NCBI GenBank assembly: GCA_963662795.1
Contig: OY759746.1
Coordinates: 3,776,001-3,840,000, forward strand
Direction: 5' to 3'
DNA length: 64,000 nt
Source of the DNA: Spirochaetia bacterium
GTDB lineage: Bacteria > Spirochaetota > Spirochaetia > CADAEX01
The stretch's first letter is position 1, and every line of letters starts with the position of its first letter. The notes under the pieces were generated by a model that saw only the letters and a program-made list of their open reading frames with translations, made no database searches and was not told the origin of the DNA. This document shows, piece after piece, positions 42,153 to 52,115 of the stretch. The position numbers and the translations under genes are program-made.

Positions 42153-44228
42153 TTATTCAACCTTGAATTTGACAACCTCTGATGTTAACTCCTGAAGATT
42201 AGTTTTTGTATCCTGAGTAATTTTATTTACATTCTGGACTGCAATATTAATTTGTGCAGCACCGGATGCCATTTCATCCATGCCATTACTCATTTCTACA
42301 GTTATATTTGTTAGATTATTCATCTCATTGAGTACTTCTTTACTTCCTGATCGCATTTGTGATGAGCCATTTTGAACTTGTGTTGTTATATTATTTATTT
42401 CCTCAAGGGCCTGAAGAATCTGTACACTACCAGTACTTTGTTCATCCATTGCGTTTTTAATCTCCGTTTCCTGATTTTTAACCATATTCAAGTTCTCTAC
42501 TATCTTTGAAAATTGCAACTGAGATTTATCTGACAAAACGGCAGCCGAATTTATCTGAGTTTTTAAATTCTTCAGGACATTCGAAATAGCTTTTCCTTGA
42601 GATGAAGAATTTTCTGCCAATTTTCTTATTTCATCCGCTACAACAGCAAATCCTCTCCCAGAATCCCCGGCATGTGCAGCCTCTATTGCAGCATTCATTG
42701 CCAGAAGGTTTGTCTGACTTGCTATGCTTTGAATAATATTACTGGCATCAATTAAACCATCTGAATCATTTTCTATTACCTGCATTATTTCAACAACTTC
42801 ATGAATACCAATTTTCCCTGATTCTGAAGCCGTAAGTAATTCTTCCATGGAAATTGCGTTTTTATTTAATATTCCTGCAACAGATTTTATATTTGCAACC
42901 ATTTCTTCTATTGATGATGAAGACTCTGTAATTGCTGAGGTTTGACTGCTAATTAATGTATCGAGATTTATAATATGTTTTTCTATTTCTTCAACTGTTG
43001 AATGAGTTTCAGTAACTGATGCTGACTGATTTACTATCTGCTGTTTCAAACTGGAAATATTTGCAGAAATCTGATTCATGGAGGATGCTGTTTCAGTCAT
43101 ATTTGAAGATAAATCGTTAACAACTTCTGCTAATCTGCCGGTCGATTCTTTTGTTGTCAAAACCATTTGTGCAAGACTATTCATTGATAGATTATAATAT
43201 TTGGCAACCTGCCCTATTTCATCACCTGAAGAATCTTCAAGTCTACGGGTAAGGTCTCCATTTCCTTCTGAGATTTCCTTGAATATATTAGCCATTTTTC
43301 TAATTGTTCCAGATATTCTAAAACTCAAATAAATACCAATTGCTATTATAAGCAGAGTTGCAATGCTAATAATGGCCCCAATTGTAGCATAAGAGGAAAT
43401 AATTGTTTTTAATGTATTACTTTGAATGTTACTTGTTGATTTAACAAATTCTTTATCCAGGTTATCGAGCAATATTCCAATGTCATTTTCAAGATTCTTT
43501 ACCTTATTTATATTACTTACATATTCTGTACAAATTCTGCTAATTTCCATATTAGATTTTTGGGCGACAATTGGCATTTCCCGAAATGGAGTATTCGATA
43601 ATTTCTCGATATCCACTTCTGTATTTTGAATAAGTCCTTCAATAAATGATAAAAGATCTTCTGCTGCATTATTATCATATGAGATTTGATAGAACAAAGA
43701 GTGTATATTTAAATTGTTAACTGTATTTATATGTGCACCAATAATTACTTGTTTTTCCAGAGCTGATACAGGAATACCTTTTATCAAATTCGCTACTACA
43801 AGTTTTATATAGTTATCAGATTGCAACATGGAGGATTTTGTTAATTCCATTACCATTTTTTCTATTTCTATATTTTGATATTTTATAGTTTTAACTTGAT
43901 TAAAATAGTTTTCGAGATTATTAAAATCGTTTAGTAAAGTTGAGTCATTTGAAATAGATTGTTTTATCTCTGTCAAATCAGCAAAAAATTTATTTTCTTT
44001 GTCTATTGTTGGTATTGATTCTTTAATATATAAAGTGCCTTGTTCCTTTAACATTTTCACATTAAATGAAAGATTTAGAATATCATCAACTTTTTTCATA
44101 TTTTGTTTTGAATTAGAAATAGCGCTAAATAACTGACTTGAAAATATTAAAATAACAAAAACCTGAATTAGTGCGGGAATTAATAATTTTGTTCGTAAAT
44201 TTAGTGATTTTTTTGAGTATTTACGCAT
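42153..44228 (-). CDS. Methyl-accepting chemotaxis protein
   Basis: Two TMs, HAMP (GDLTRRL..DEIG), [35 protein letters not shown]. Confidence 0.95.
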   Translation of the reverse strand: MRKYSKKSLNLRTKLLIPALIQVFVILIFSSQLFSAISNSKQNMKKVDDILNLSFNVKMLKEQGTLYIKESIPTIDKENKFFADLTEIKQSISNDSTLLNDFNNLENYFNQVKTIKYQNIEIEKMVMELTKSSMLQSDNYIKLVVANLIKGIPVSALEKQVIIGAHINTVNNLNIHSLFYQISYDNNAAEDLLSFIEGLIQNTEVDIEKLSNTPFREMPIVAQKSNMEISRICTEYVSNINKVKNLENDIGILLDNLDKEFVKSTSNIQSNTLKTIISSYATIGAIISIATLLIIAIGIYLSFRISGTIRKMANIFKEISEGNGDLTRRLEDSSGDEIGQVAKYYNLSMNSLAQMVLTTKESTGRLAEVVNDLSSNMTETASSMNQISANISSLKQQIVNQSASVTETHSTVEEIEKHIINLDTLISSQTSAITESSSSIEEMVANIKSVAGILNKNAISMEELLTASESGKIGIHEVVEIMQVIENDSDGLIDASNIIQSIASQTNLLAMNAAIEAAHAGDSGRGFAVVADEIRKLAENSSSQGKAISNVLKNLKTQINSAAVLSDKSQLQFSKIVENLNMVKNQETEIKNAMDEQSTGSVQILQALEEINNITTQVQNGSSQMRSGSKEVLNEMNNLTNITVEMSNGMDEMASGAAQINIAVQNVNKITQDTKTNLQELTSEVVKFKVE

Positions 44229-44803
44229 AACTTTCTCCACTTTCAATATTAATATAATTTTTAATTTCAAATACAATTTTTGATAAACTTTATTTATTAC
44301 TTACATATAAGAATTTGTCAATATAGTAGCTATATTATTTATCATTAAACACTATCCATGTTAATCATTACTTTTTAGGATAACAATAGAATCTCTTGAA
44401 GGAACAATTCAAGAAATTACTTATGGACGGTATCGATATGAAAGGCTTAAACCTCCATTCAAATAGATTCGCATTTATATATTTTACATTGTAAGTTAGA
44501 TTTACCCGTAAGTAGTAGAAAAACAATGGTAATATTCTGCATCACTCAACAATATCCAACAAATTCCCAAGCAGTCGACAATAATTGAAAATACCTTACA
44601 CTTATAAAGCCCGCCCTTAGCTTCCAGCCGTACAGTCTGGACAAGATCAAAACTCTTGCTGCTTTAAAATCTCCTCCCACACCAGCGCCTCCTGCTCTGT
44701 CAGCAGCAGATCAAAACCGGCATTAAGATTGTACTGAAAAAAATTTGATTTTTATACGTTACATAACTATACTTATTTAAGTTCACATCAAAAGAAGGTA
44801 ACA

Positions 44804-45193
44804 ATGTCGTGCCAGTTTTTAAAATCAGCCGATGATGATTATTTAACCTTATTTTATACTGGAAAAGTTAATCGTGAAATAATATTTGATAATACGATAA
44901 AGGCTCACAAATTTGGCAGAAAGAATGGAATAAAAAAGTATTTTACCGATTTAACAAAAGCAATTAATACTGACGATAAGAAAACTGTCACTGACTTTAT
45001 TGCAATTGATATGAAAAAATCAGCTTTTATTGATAAGGAAGCTGTTGTTGCAATTTTTGTTGCCCCCGATGATAATTCTCATGATTTTATTGAAGCTGTT
45101 TCTGAAAAAAATGGTTATAATGTAAAGCTTTTTAGGGACCGGGAAAAGGCTATTAAATACCTTCAGGAAACTAAAAATCCGGCTATCTCCTGA
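44804..45193 (+). CDS. Hypothetical SpoIIAA-like (STAS/SEC14-type) protein
   Basis: 129 aa; YFTDLTKA and C-terminal VKLFRDREKAIKYL pattern. Confidence 0.6.
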   Translation: MSCQFLKSADDDYLTLFYTGKVNREIIFDNTIKAHKFGRKNGIKKYFTDLTKAINTDDKKTVTDFIAIDMKKSAFIDKEAVVAIFVAPDDNSHDFIEAVSEKNGYNVKLFRDREKAIKYLQETKNPAIS

Positions 45194-45283
45194 TATGTCG
45201 AAGTAAGTATTTCACTTAAATCTCATTCAATTCAGCCTCAGTCTCCATTTTTAACAGGTAAAACGGGCGGGATGATTCAACTT

Positions 45284-46417
45284 TTATCTGAATAGTTTTA
45301 AATAATCATCAAAAATAAACAATCTATTTCTTTGATTTTTAGTTGCTTCTTTCAGAATTGATTTTTCAACAAATATTTGGACCAAGGCATTAGCAGCCTT
45401 TGGTGACAAATCCGTTATCATTTGTACTTCTTTTATATTTACTAATGGTTTTGAGAACAATTTGTGTAATAAAATTGATGCTTGACTGGTTCGCTTTCCC
45501 ATAAAATGTATTTTTTCTCTTGTAATAATATCTTTAAGTTCAATTATTTTTTGCAAGGTTAAAACAGCTGTTTTTGAAGTTTGAATTATTCCTGTGAGGA
45601 AAAATTTTATCCACTGCTTGAGATCGTTTTTTTCTCTAACTAATGTTAAATTATCATAATATATTGATTTATTCTTTTCAAAAAAATCTGATAAATATAA
45701 TAATGGTTCTCCCAGAATGCCATTACTTACGAGATATAATGTTATTAGCAATCTTCCAACACGTCCGTTTCCATCAAGAAATGGATGAATTGTTTCAAAT
45801 TGGTAATGTGCAATAGCTATTCGTATTAAATGGGGAATCTTTATTTCCTTATTATTTAGAAATTTTTCAAAATCTGATAATAATTCAGGTAATTCAGTAT
45901 GTATTGGAGGAATAAAAATAGCATCTTTTAACGATGCTCCGCCAATCCAGTTTTGTGAATTTCTAAATTCCCCAGGTGTTTTATGTTCACCGCGTACACT
46001 AGATAACAATACTTTGTGAGCATTTTTAATCAATCTGTTGGATATTGGAAGTTTTTTTAACTCTTCAATAGCAGTATTCATCGCCCGAACATAATTATTT
46101 ACTTCCTTCCAATCATCTTTTTTCTCTGGATCAATATTTTCCTCTTCTATTAGTGCTTCGTCAATATTAGTCTTCGTTCCCTCTATCCTGCTTGATGTAA
46201 CAGCTTCTTTTAAAATATGCATTACGATAAAAACATCTTTATCAGGAATAAACCGTGAAAATGAATTCAACTCTCCTAAATTAAAAGAAGATTCTTCTAA
46301 TAATTCATTTATAACTTCATCGTCCCATGTTAAAGAATGATTAATTTTTTCCAGAAGAAAATACTCATATTGATGGCCTTTTTCCCAATGCCCAGCAACA
46401 AAATCTCTTAAATTCAT
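45284..46417 (-). CDS. Fic family protein with C-terminal HTH
   Basis: EAVTSSRIEGT, HYQFETIHPFLDGNGRVGR canonical Fic motif. Confidence 0.93.
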   Translation of the reverse strand: MNLRDFVAGHWEKGHQYEYFLLEKINHSLTWDDEVINELLEESSFNLGELNSFSRFIPDKDVFIVMHILKEAVTSSRIEGTKTNIDEALIEEENIDPEKKDDWKEVNNYVRAMNTAIEELKKLPISNRLIKNAHKVLLSSVRGEHKTPGEFRNSQNWIGGASLKDAIFIPPIHTELPELLSDFEKFLNNKEIKIPHLIRIAIAHYQFETIHPFLDGNGRVGRLLITLYLVSNGILGEPLLYLSDFFEKNKSIYYDNLTLVREKNDLKQWIKFFLTGIIQTSKTAVLTLQKIIELKDIITREKIHFMGKRTSQASILLHKLFSKPLVNIKEVQMITDLSPKAANALVQIFVEKSILKEATKNQRNRLFIFDDYLKLFR

Positions 46418-46524
46418 ATCTTTTCCTCTTAATAAAATATAAATATCCTTATTTTACTTTACGGCATTAAAGTAAAATAAGAAATATCTTGTTTTACTTT
46501 TTTTTAAATTTAAGCACCTTATTT

Positions 46525-47258
46525 TTATCCTGTTTTGAAATTCCGGTCTATTTGATCCCTGACTTCCTTATACTGCTGCAGCAGGGTTTCCGGATCCCTG
46601 TGATCATATTCTTTCCTGTAATTTGTATGTCCCATCAGTGCATTAACCGTGTCCTTGTCCGGATACTGCAGTATTTTAGTATCAAAGGTGTGCCGGAGAA
46701 GGAATATTGTGTCCGATCTCCCAGGATAACACCTGGCCCTCACGCAGGATGCCTTAAAATGTTTATTTGAAACATCCTGTTATAATCCGGTATTCCGGGG
46801 AGAAGTAAACAGTAAATCATTTATATTTTGCTGCTTTTCATCAAGGTATTTCTCTGGTTGAATAATAATGCAATATTTTTATAAATTGGGGTCAAGTCAA
46901 CAAATCGCTCATCAATCACTGGAGCATTTATAGCTGATAGAATTAAACCTCCGAATTTCGGTATCCAGTAATTTTGAAGAAGCCCCTCTCCTGAGCGCCA
47001 GTAATCTTCTGAGAAAAACTTTTCTTTTTCTCAAGACTTTTGCGATAACCATATTTATTATTTATAAAAAAACTGTAGAGAAATAGCGGAAAGTCTTAAC
47101 TTTAATGTTTTTATTATCAAAATTACTTAAATATTTTTCAGCAAACCCTACAGTTTCTTCAATATTAGTAGTATCTGTAGAGATTTCTTTACCGGGTAAT
47201 ATTTTAAAAAGAACCTGCATACTTGCCTTTCGTTTTTAAACCGGCAATCATCACTCAT
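46525..47258 (-). pseudogene. Decayed tyrosine integrase next to tRNA-Thr
   Basis: C-terminal fragment LRHTF...LMGH...Y (46525-46743). Frameshifted N-terminal fragments (ISTDTTNIEETVGFAEKYL; LLQNYWIPKFGGLILSAINAPVID). The middle of the gene is missing. Confidence 0.75.
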
Positions 47259-47391
47259 AGTATTACCAGTACAAACGACTATTTTAAGGCATCAAGACAG
47301 CAAATAGGGACATTTTCACATCTTAAAGCATTTATGTATAAATAAATATTTATACTATAAAGACTTATAATTATTTATGGCTTAAAACGAA

Positions 47392-47464
47392 AGCCGATGA
47401 CGGGGATCGAACCCATGGCCTGATCATTACGAGTGATCCGCTCTGCCAACTGAGCTACATCGGC
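47392..47464 (-). tRNA. tRNA-Thr(CGT)
   Basis: Reverse complement GCCGATGTAGCTCAGTTGGCAGAGCGGATCACTCGTAATGATCAGGCCATGGGTTCGATCCCCGTCATCGGCT; anticodon loop CTCGTAA. Confidence 0.97.
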
Positions 47465-47618
47465 GGTTGACCCGGTCAGTCCGCATCAGTTAAAAATAAA
47501 AGCTGCGTCTGTAACTGCAATCAGCAGTTTACCAGGTAGTAATCCTGCGCTATTTTATTATTTTTACACCTTAATTTTCAAGCCTAAATAATAATTTAAT
47601 CTCTCCATGCAGCAGTTA

Positions 47619-47645
47619 TTAAGTATTTTTTCCCCTCTCCGATAA
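47619..47645 (+). promoter_or_regulatory. Sigma28 (FliA) promoter of the flagellar rod operon
   Basis: TTAAGTAT-N11-TCCGATAA versus consensus TAAAGTTT-N11-GCCGATAA. Confidence 0.7.
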
Positions 47646-47675
47646 TTAAATCAGGGAATTATTTACGGAGGTTAT

Positions 47676-48524
47676 ATGATAAGAGGATTATATACAGGAG
47701 CATCAGGAATGGTTGCACAGATGCACAGGATGGATGCCCTTACAAATAACCTGGCAAATGTAGACCTTAACGGCTATAAAATGGACACATCCATACATAA
47801 GGCTTTTCCGGAAATGCTTATCAGAAGAATGAGCGACGACGGTGTATATAAATTCCCGATGGGCTCTGCCGATATATCCCCGATTGTCGGAAAACTTGGA
47901 ACAGGGGTCGAGCAGAACGAGGTATATACAGTCTTTACCCAAGGGGCACTCAAGCAGACAGACGGTCCTTTCGACCTTGCAATGGACGGGAAAGGCTTTT
48001 TTGCAGTTCAGACTCCCCTTGGCGAACGCTACACAAGAAATGGGGCTTTTACCCTCGGAAAGGAAGGGCTGCTTCTCACAAAAGAAGGCTATCCTGTCCT
48101 TGGGAAAAACGGGCCTATCAGCATAAAGGAAAATAATTTTGTTATAGACCAGAAAGGGCGTATTTTTGTCAACAAGGCACTGCCGGATGACCCTGACAGA
48201 CTTATTTCAATGATAGAAAATGAATGGCAGCAGACAGAGCAGATTGATTCGCTGAAACTTGTTGAGTTTGAAAGGGAAAGATTTATTAAAAAACAGGGAA
48301 GCTCTCTCTGGATAGACACGCCTGAATCAGGCCCCGCAACAGCAATTGCGGAAGAAAATCTTCCCAAGATAAGACAGGGATTTATTGAGGGTTCAAATGT
48401 AAATCCGGTTGTCGAAATGGTAAAAATGATAGAAGTAAACCGCGCCTATGAAGCTAACCAGAGAGCTGTAAGCAATCATGACGCAATAACCGGCAAGCTG
48501 ATAAACGAAGGCGTAAGGGTCTGA
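47676..48524 (+). CDS. flgF: Flagellar basal-body rod protein (FlgF/FlhO type)
   Basis: MIRGLYTGASGM, NNLAN, YTRNG, EGSNVNPVVEMVKMI. Confidence 0.88.
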   Translation: MIRGLYTGASGMVAQMHRMDALTNNLANVDLNGYKMDTSIHKAFPEMLIRRMSDDGVYKFPMGSADISPIVGKLGTGVEQNEVYTVFTQGALKQTDGPFDLAMDGKGFFAVQTPLGERYTRNGAFTLGKEGLLLTKEGYPVLGKNGPISIKENNFVIDQKGRIFVNKALPDDPDRLISMIENEWQQTEQIDSLKLVEFERERFIKKQGSSLWIDTPESGPATAIAEENLPKIRQGFIEGSNVNPVVEMVKMIEVNRAYEANQRAVSNHDAITGKLINEGVRV

Positions 48525-48542
48525 TATAAAGGAGAATAGATT

Positions 48543-49337
48543 ATGATGAGATCACTGTGGACTGCGGCATCCGGAATGATTGGGCAGCAGTTCAATATAG
48601 ATACAATTTCCAATAACCTGTCAAACGTAAATACGACAGGATTCAAGCAGACAAGGGCGGAATTTGAGGACCTGCTGTATCAGACAGCAAGGACTGCAGG
48701 GACACCAGCGACCGAGCTTACTGTTGTACCTACCGGTATACAGGTAGGCCATGGCGTAAAAACCGCAGCAACGCAGAAAATCTTTACTCAAGGGTCTCTT
48801 CAGGCAACAGGCAATGTCTCAGACATGGCAATTCAGGGCGAAGGGTTTTTCCGGGTTATGCTTATTGACGGAACATTCGGCTACACAAGGGACGGATCAT
48901 TCAAGATTGACTCAAACGGACAGATACTGAATTCAAACGGCTACAGGCTGATGCCTGAGATAACCCTTCCGGAAGGATTTGTAAGGGAATCGCTTACAGT
49001 AACCCAGGACGGCCGTGTTACCGTAAAGGTAGCCGGAAACGATGATCCGATACTTGTAGGACAGCTTGAAATATACAGGTTTGTAAACCCGGCCGGATTA
49101 AGCTCTATCGGTGAAAACCTTTTTAAAATGACAAATGCTTCCGGCGACCCGATCGGGGGAAGGCCGGCCTATGACGGAATGGGAAGCATAATACATCAGT
49201 TCCTTGAAATGTCGAATGTATCTGTGGTAAAGGAAATGGTTAACATGATTGTTGCCCAGAGGGCATACGAGATCAACTCAAAGGCAATACAGACAAGCGA
49301 TACAATGCTGGGTATTGCGACAGGGCTTAAACGTTAA
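48543..49337 (+). CDS. flgG: Flagellar basal-body distal rod protein
   Basis: MRSLWTAASGM, FEDLLYQ, YTRDGSF, LEMSNV..EMVNMIVAQRAYEINSK. Confidence 0.95.
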   Translation: MMRSLWTAASGMIGQQFNIDTISNNLSNVNTTGFKQTRAEFEDLLYQTARTAGTPATELTVVPTGIQVGHGVKTAATQKIFTQGSLQATGNVSDMAIQGEGFFRVMLIDGTFGYTRDGSFKIDSNGQILNSNGYRLMPEITLPEGFVRESLTVTQDGRVTVKVAGNDDPILVGQLEIYRFVNPAGLSSIGENLFKMTNASGDPIGGRPAYDGMGSIIHQFLEMSNVSVVKEMVNMIVAQRAYEINSKAIQTSDTMLGIATGLKR

Positions 49338-49363
49338 TAAATAAACAGAGGGAAAAAAGATAG

Positions 49364-49708
49364 ATGAATACTGTAAATGAGAGCATGATGTTTTATGATA
49401 ACAGCAAAATTGAGCAGTTAAAGGCAGCAGCAGCCGGAAAGAAGTTTACTCCGGAAAACAAGGAACTTTACAACGCCTGCTCCGAATTTGAGACAATCTT
49501 CATAAAACAAATGCTTGACTCCATGAGAAAAACAGTGGAAAAAACCACTCTTTCCGAATCTTCAACAGATACAACAGGGATGAATTATTTTGAGGATATG
49601 CTTTATGATGATTACGCTAAAAAAATGGCAAAAACAGCTAACCTCGGGATAGCCAAAATGATGTACCTGCAGCTATACAAATCAACTTCCAGGCAGGGTG
49701 ATTTTTGA
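49364..49708 (+). CDS. flgJ: Short FlgJ (rod-binding domain only)
   Basis: ACSEFETIFIKQMLDSMRKT, FEDMLYDDYA, LGIAKMMYLQL. Confidence 0.85.
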   Translation: MNTVNESMMFYDNSKIEQLKAAAAGKKFTPENKELYNACSEFETIFIKQMLDSMRKTVEKTTLSESSTDTTGMNYFEDMLYDDYAKKMAKTANLGIAKMMYLQLYKSTSRQGDF

Positions 49709-50637
49709 GCAGATTTGAGTTTAAGATAAAACTTCTAATATCAGGGCTGTTATTATTAACAGCCCTTTTAATTGCAATACTGATCTTTTTCAGGCCCGTG
49801 GATTCACCTGAAATTACGGGTGAGTACCCCGTGGAAACTAATAAAAGTGTTCAGCAAGAAGAAGATGCCGCTATCAGTGAAAATGCTTCCGGCGGCAGTA
49901 ATATTGCATTAAAAACTATTCCGGCTCCGGATAAAAGTGAATACAGGGCTGCGACTGTTAAAAAAAAAGAGAAAGCTCTTTATTTCATAATTGATGATGC
50001 AGGATACAGCCTTGAGAAACTTAAACCCTTCCTTGATTTTCCGGGCAATCTTACTATCGCGGTCCTTCCCGGTCTTGAGTATTCAAGGCAGTCGGCAGAA
50101 CTGGCCCTTGAAAAGGGGAAAAAAGTAATACTTCATCAGCCGATGGATGCAATAAACGGGAACAATACCGGCCCCTTTGCGATAAAAACAGGCATGGATG
50201 AAAAAACAATAACCGCTATTCTGGAAAAAAATATCAACGCCCTTCCCGGGATAACAGGGGTCAACAATCATATGGGATCCGCTGTTACTTCTGATGAAAG
50301 AATGATGGACATAATACTTAAATTTCTGCAAAAGAAGTCTCTTGTATTTATTGACAGCCTAACCACTGCGGAATCGGTCAGTAAAAAATCAGGCGCAAAG
50401 ATCGGCTTCGCTATTGAACAAAGAGATATATTTCTGGATAATGTCGACACTAGGGAAGGGATAATGGAGTCATTAAATACAGGACGCCTGGAAGCGGAAA
50501 ACAAGGGATACGCAATAATGATCGGTCATGTCTGGTCATCAGAACTTGCAGACACGATGATGCAGATATATCCGAATCTGATTGAGGAAGGATTCACCTT
50601 AAAGGATGCAAGCGAATTCCTTTTGGGGGAAGAATAG
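49705..50637 (+). CDS. Divergent polysaccharide deacetylase family protein
   Basis: N-terminal TM, IIDDAG, LHQPMD, NNHMGS, DSLT, RDIFLDN, IGH. Confidence 0.9.
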   Translation: MSRFEFKIKLLISGLLLLTALLIAILIFFRPVDSPEITGEYPVETNKSVQQEEDAAISENASGGSNIALKTIPAPDKSEYRAATVKKKEKALYFIIDDAGYSLEKLKPFLDFPGNLTIAVLPGLEYSRQSAELALEKGKKVILHQPMDAINGNNTGPFAIKTGMDEKTITAILEKNINALPGITGVNNHMGSAVTSDERMMDIILKFLQKKSLVFIDSLTTAESVSKKSGAKIGFAIEQRDIFLDNVDTREGIMESLNTGRLEAENKGYAIMIGHVWSSELADTMMQIYPNLIEEGFTLKDASEFLLGEE

Positions 50638-50638
50638 A

Positions 50639-51661
50639 TTGCTTGTTCTGGGAATTGAAACATCCTGTGATGAATCTTCCGCCGCTGTAGTTGAAAACGG
50701 GAATACCCTTCTTTCCAATGTTGTCGCCACACAGATAGAAATCCACAAACCCTATATGGGCGTAGTGCCTGAAATTGCTTCCCGCACTCATGTTGAATGG
50801 ATCAACGGTGTTGTTAAAAAATCACTTTCCGATGCCAGTGTAACGCTTGATAAAATTGATGGTATTGCAGTAACAAACAGGCCCGGCCTTTCAGGCTCAC
50901 TGCTTGTAGGCCTTTCATTCGCCAAAGGGCTTTCATTTGCATCCGGCAAACCGTTTATTGCAGTTGACCATATCCTTGCCCATATTTATTCAGCACATAT
51001 TGAAAATGACATCACCTATCCGTATCTTGCACTTCTAGTATCCGGCGGCCATACGCTTATCGCAGTAGTTAAGGATTATGAGGAAATTGAGGTACTGGGA
51101 ACCACTATTGATGACGCGTGCGGGGAAGCGTTTGACAAGGTCGCAAAATACTATAACCTTGGCTATCCCGGCGGGGTGATAATAGACAAACTTTCAGCCG
51201 CAGGAGATGACAGGGCATTTTCATTCCCCGACCCTTCCCTTCACAAGGGTAATCACCGCTATGATGTTTCATACTCAGGACTTAAAACAGCAGTGATTAA
51301 TCAGCTGGATCACTTTCACAACAGCGGGTATGAAAAATCACATGAAAATATTGCAGCCTCTTTCCAGAAAGCGGCCATAGACATGCTTATCAAGCGGCTG
51401 CTTAAAGCTTCGAAAGATACCGGGATAAAAACCGTTGTCACAGGCGGAGGGGTCGCTGCGAACTCGTACTTAAGAAAATCGCTATCCTCCCTTTCAGAGC
51501 TTAAAGAGTTAACAGTATTCAGCCCTTCACTTAAACTCTGCGGTGACAACGGCGCCATGATAGCAGGGCTTGGATACCATTATCTTAAAAAAGGGATATC
51601 TTCACCTTTTTCCGTTACTGTGTCGCCCCGGGTAACGGGACTCAGAAAGACATATCCATAG
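50639..51661 (+). CDS. tsaD: tRNA N6-threonylcarbamoyltransferase
   Basis: LGIETSCDE, GVVPEIASR, HILAH, LVSGGHT, DDACGEAFDK, GGVAAN, DNGAMI; TTG start. Confidence 0.96.
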   Translation: MLVLGIETSCDESSAAVVENGNTLLSNVVATQIEIHKPYMGVVPEIASRTHVEWINGVVKKSLSDASVTLDKIDGIAVTNRPGLSGSLLVGLSFAKGLSFASGKPFIAVDHILAHIYSAHIENDITYPYLALLVSGGHTLIAVVKDYEEIEVLGTTIDDACGEAFDKVAKYYNLGYPGGVIIDKLSAAGDDRAFSFPDPSLHKGNHRYDVSYSGLKTAVINQLDHFHNSGYEKSHENIAASFQKAAIDMLIKRLLKASKDTGIKTVVTGGGVAANSYLRKSLSSLSELKELTVFSPSLKLCGDNGAMIAGLGYHYLKKGISSPFSVTVSPRVTGLRKTYP

Positions 51662-51680
51662 TATTTAAAGGAGAAATAAA

Positions 51681-51857
51681 ATGGAAAACAAGGACAAGCT
51701 TTTATCAGCCATGAAAAAAGCGGGAAAACCGCTTAAAGCAGGAGAAGCAGCAGAGATTTCGGGACTTTCCAAAACCGACGGTGACAAAGCGTTTAAAATT
51801 CTTAAAGACGAAGGTCTTATCGTATCCCCGAAAAGATGCTATTGGGAACCGAAATAA
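51681..51857 (+). CDS. Small winged-HTH protein (58 aa; below the ORF-track cutoff)
   Basis: AAGGAG RBS; MENKDKLLSAMKKAGKPLKAGEAAEISGLSKTDGDKAFKILKDEGLIVSPKRCYWEPK. Confidence 0.8.
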   Translation: MENKDKLLSAMKKAGKPLKAGEAAEISGLSKTDGDKAFKILKDEGLIVSPKRCYWEPK

Positions 51858-52115
51858 CTGAATAATTTTCTTTAGCCCTCAATCGGCTTTCCAGAAATCA
51901 TGAATAATTGCAAAATTTTACTTCAAGATGCATAAATTTATTTGTTAATGGTTTTTCCAAATAAAGTCATTAATATATCGGGTGGAGTCGAAGGTGTTAA
52001 CAGTATATTCCTTGTTTTAACTGTACTGTTCCCTTTTGGTTTCAGGTTATTCCCCCCCCGCGTCCCCGGTCCAAGTTAAGGATGTTTTTGGGAGGTTCTT
52101 CCCCTTACCACTTCA

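Noticed and set aside
44590-44725. GC-richer patch reading AGFDLLLTEQEALVWEEILKQQEF on the minus strand
   Set aside because: Probably the tail of a deleted gene, but too short to assign.
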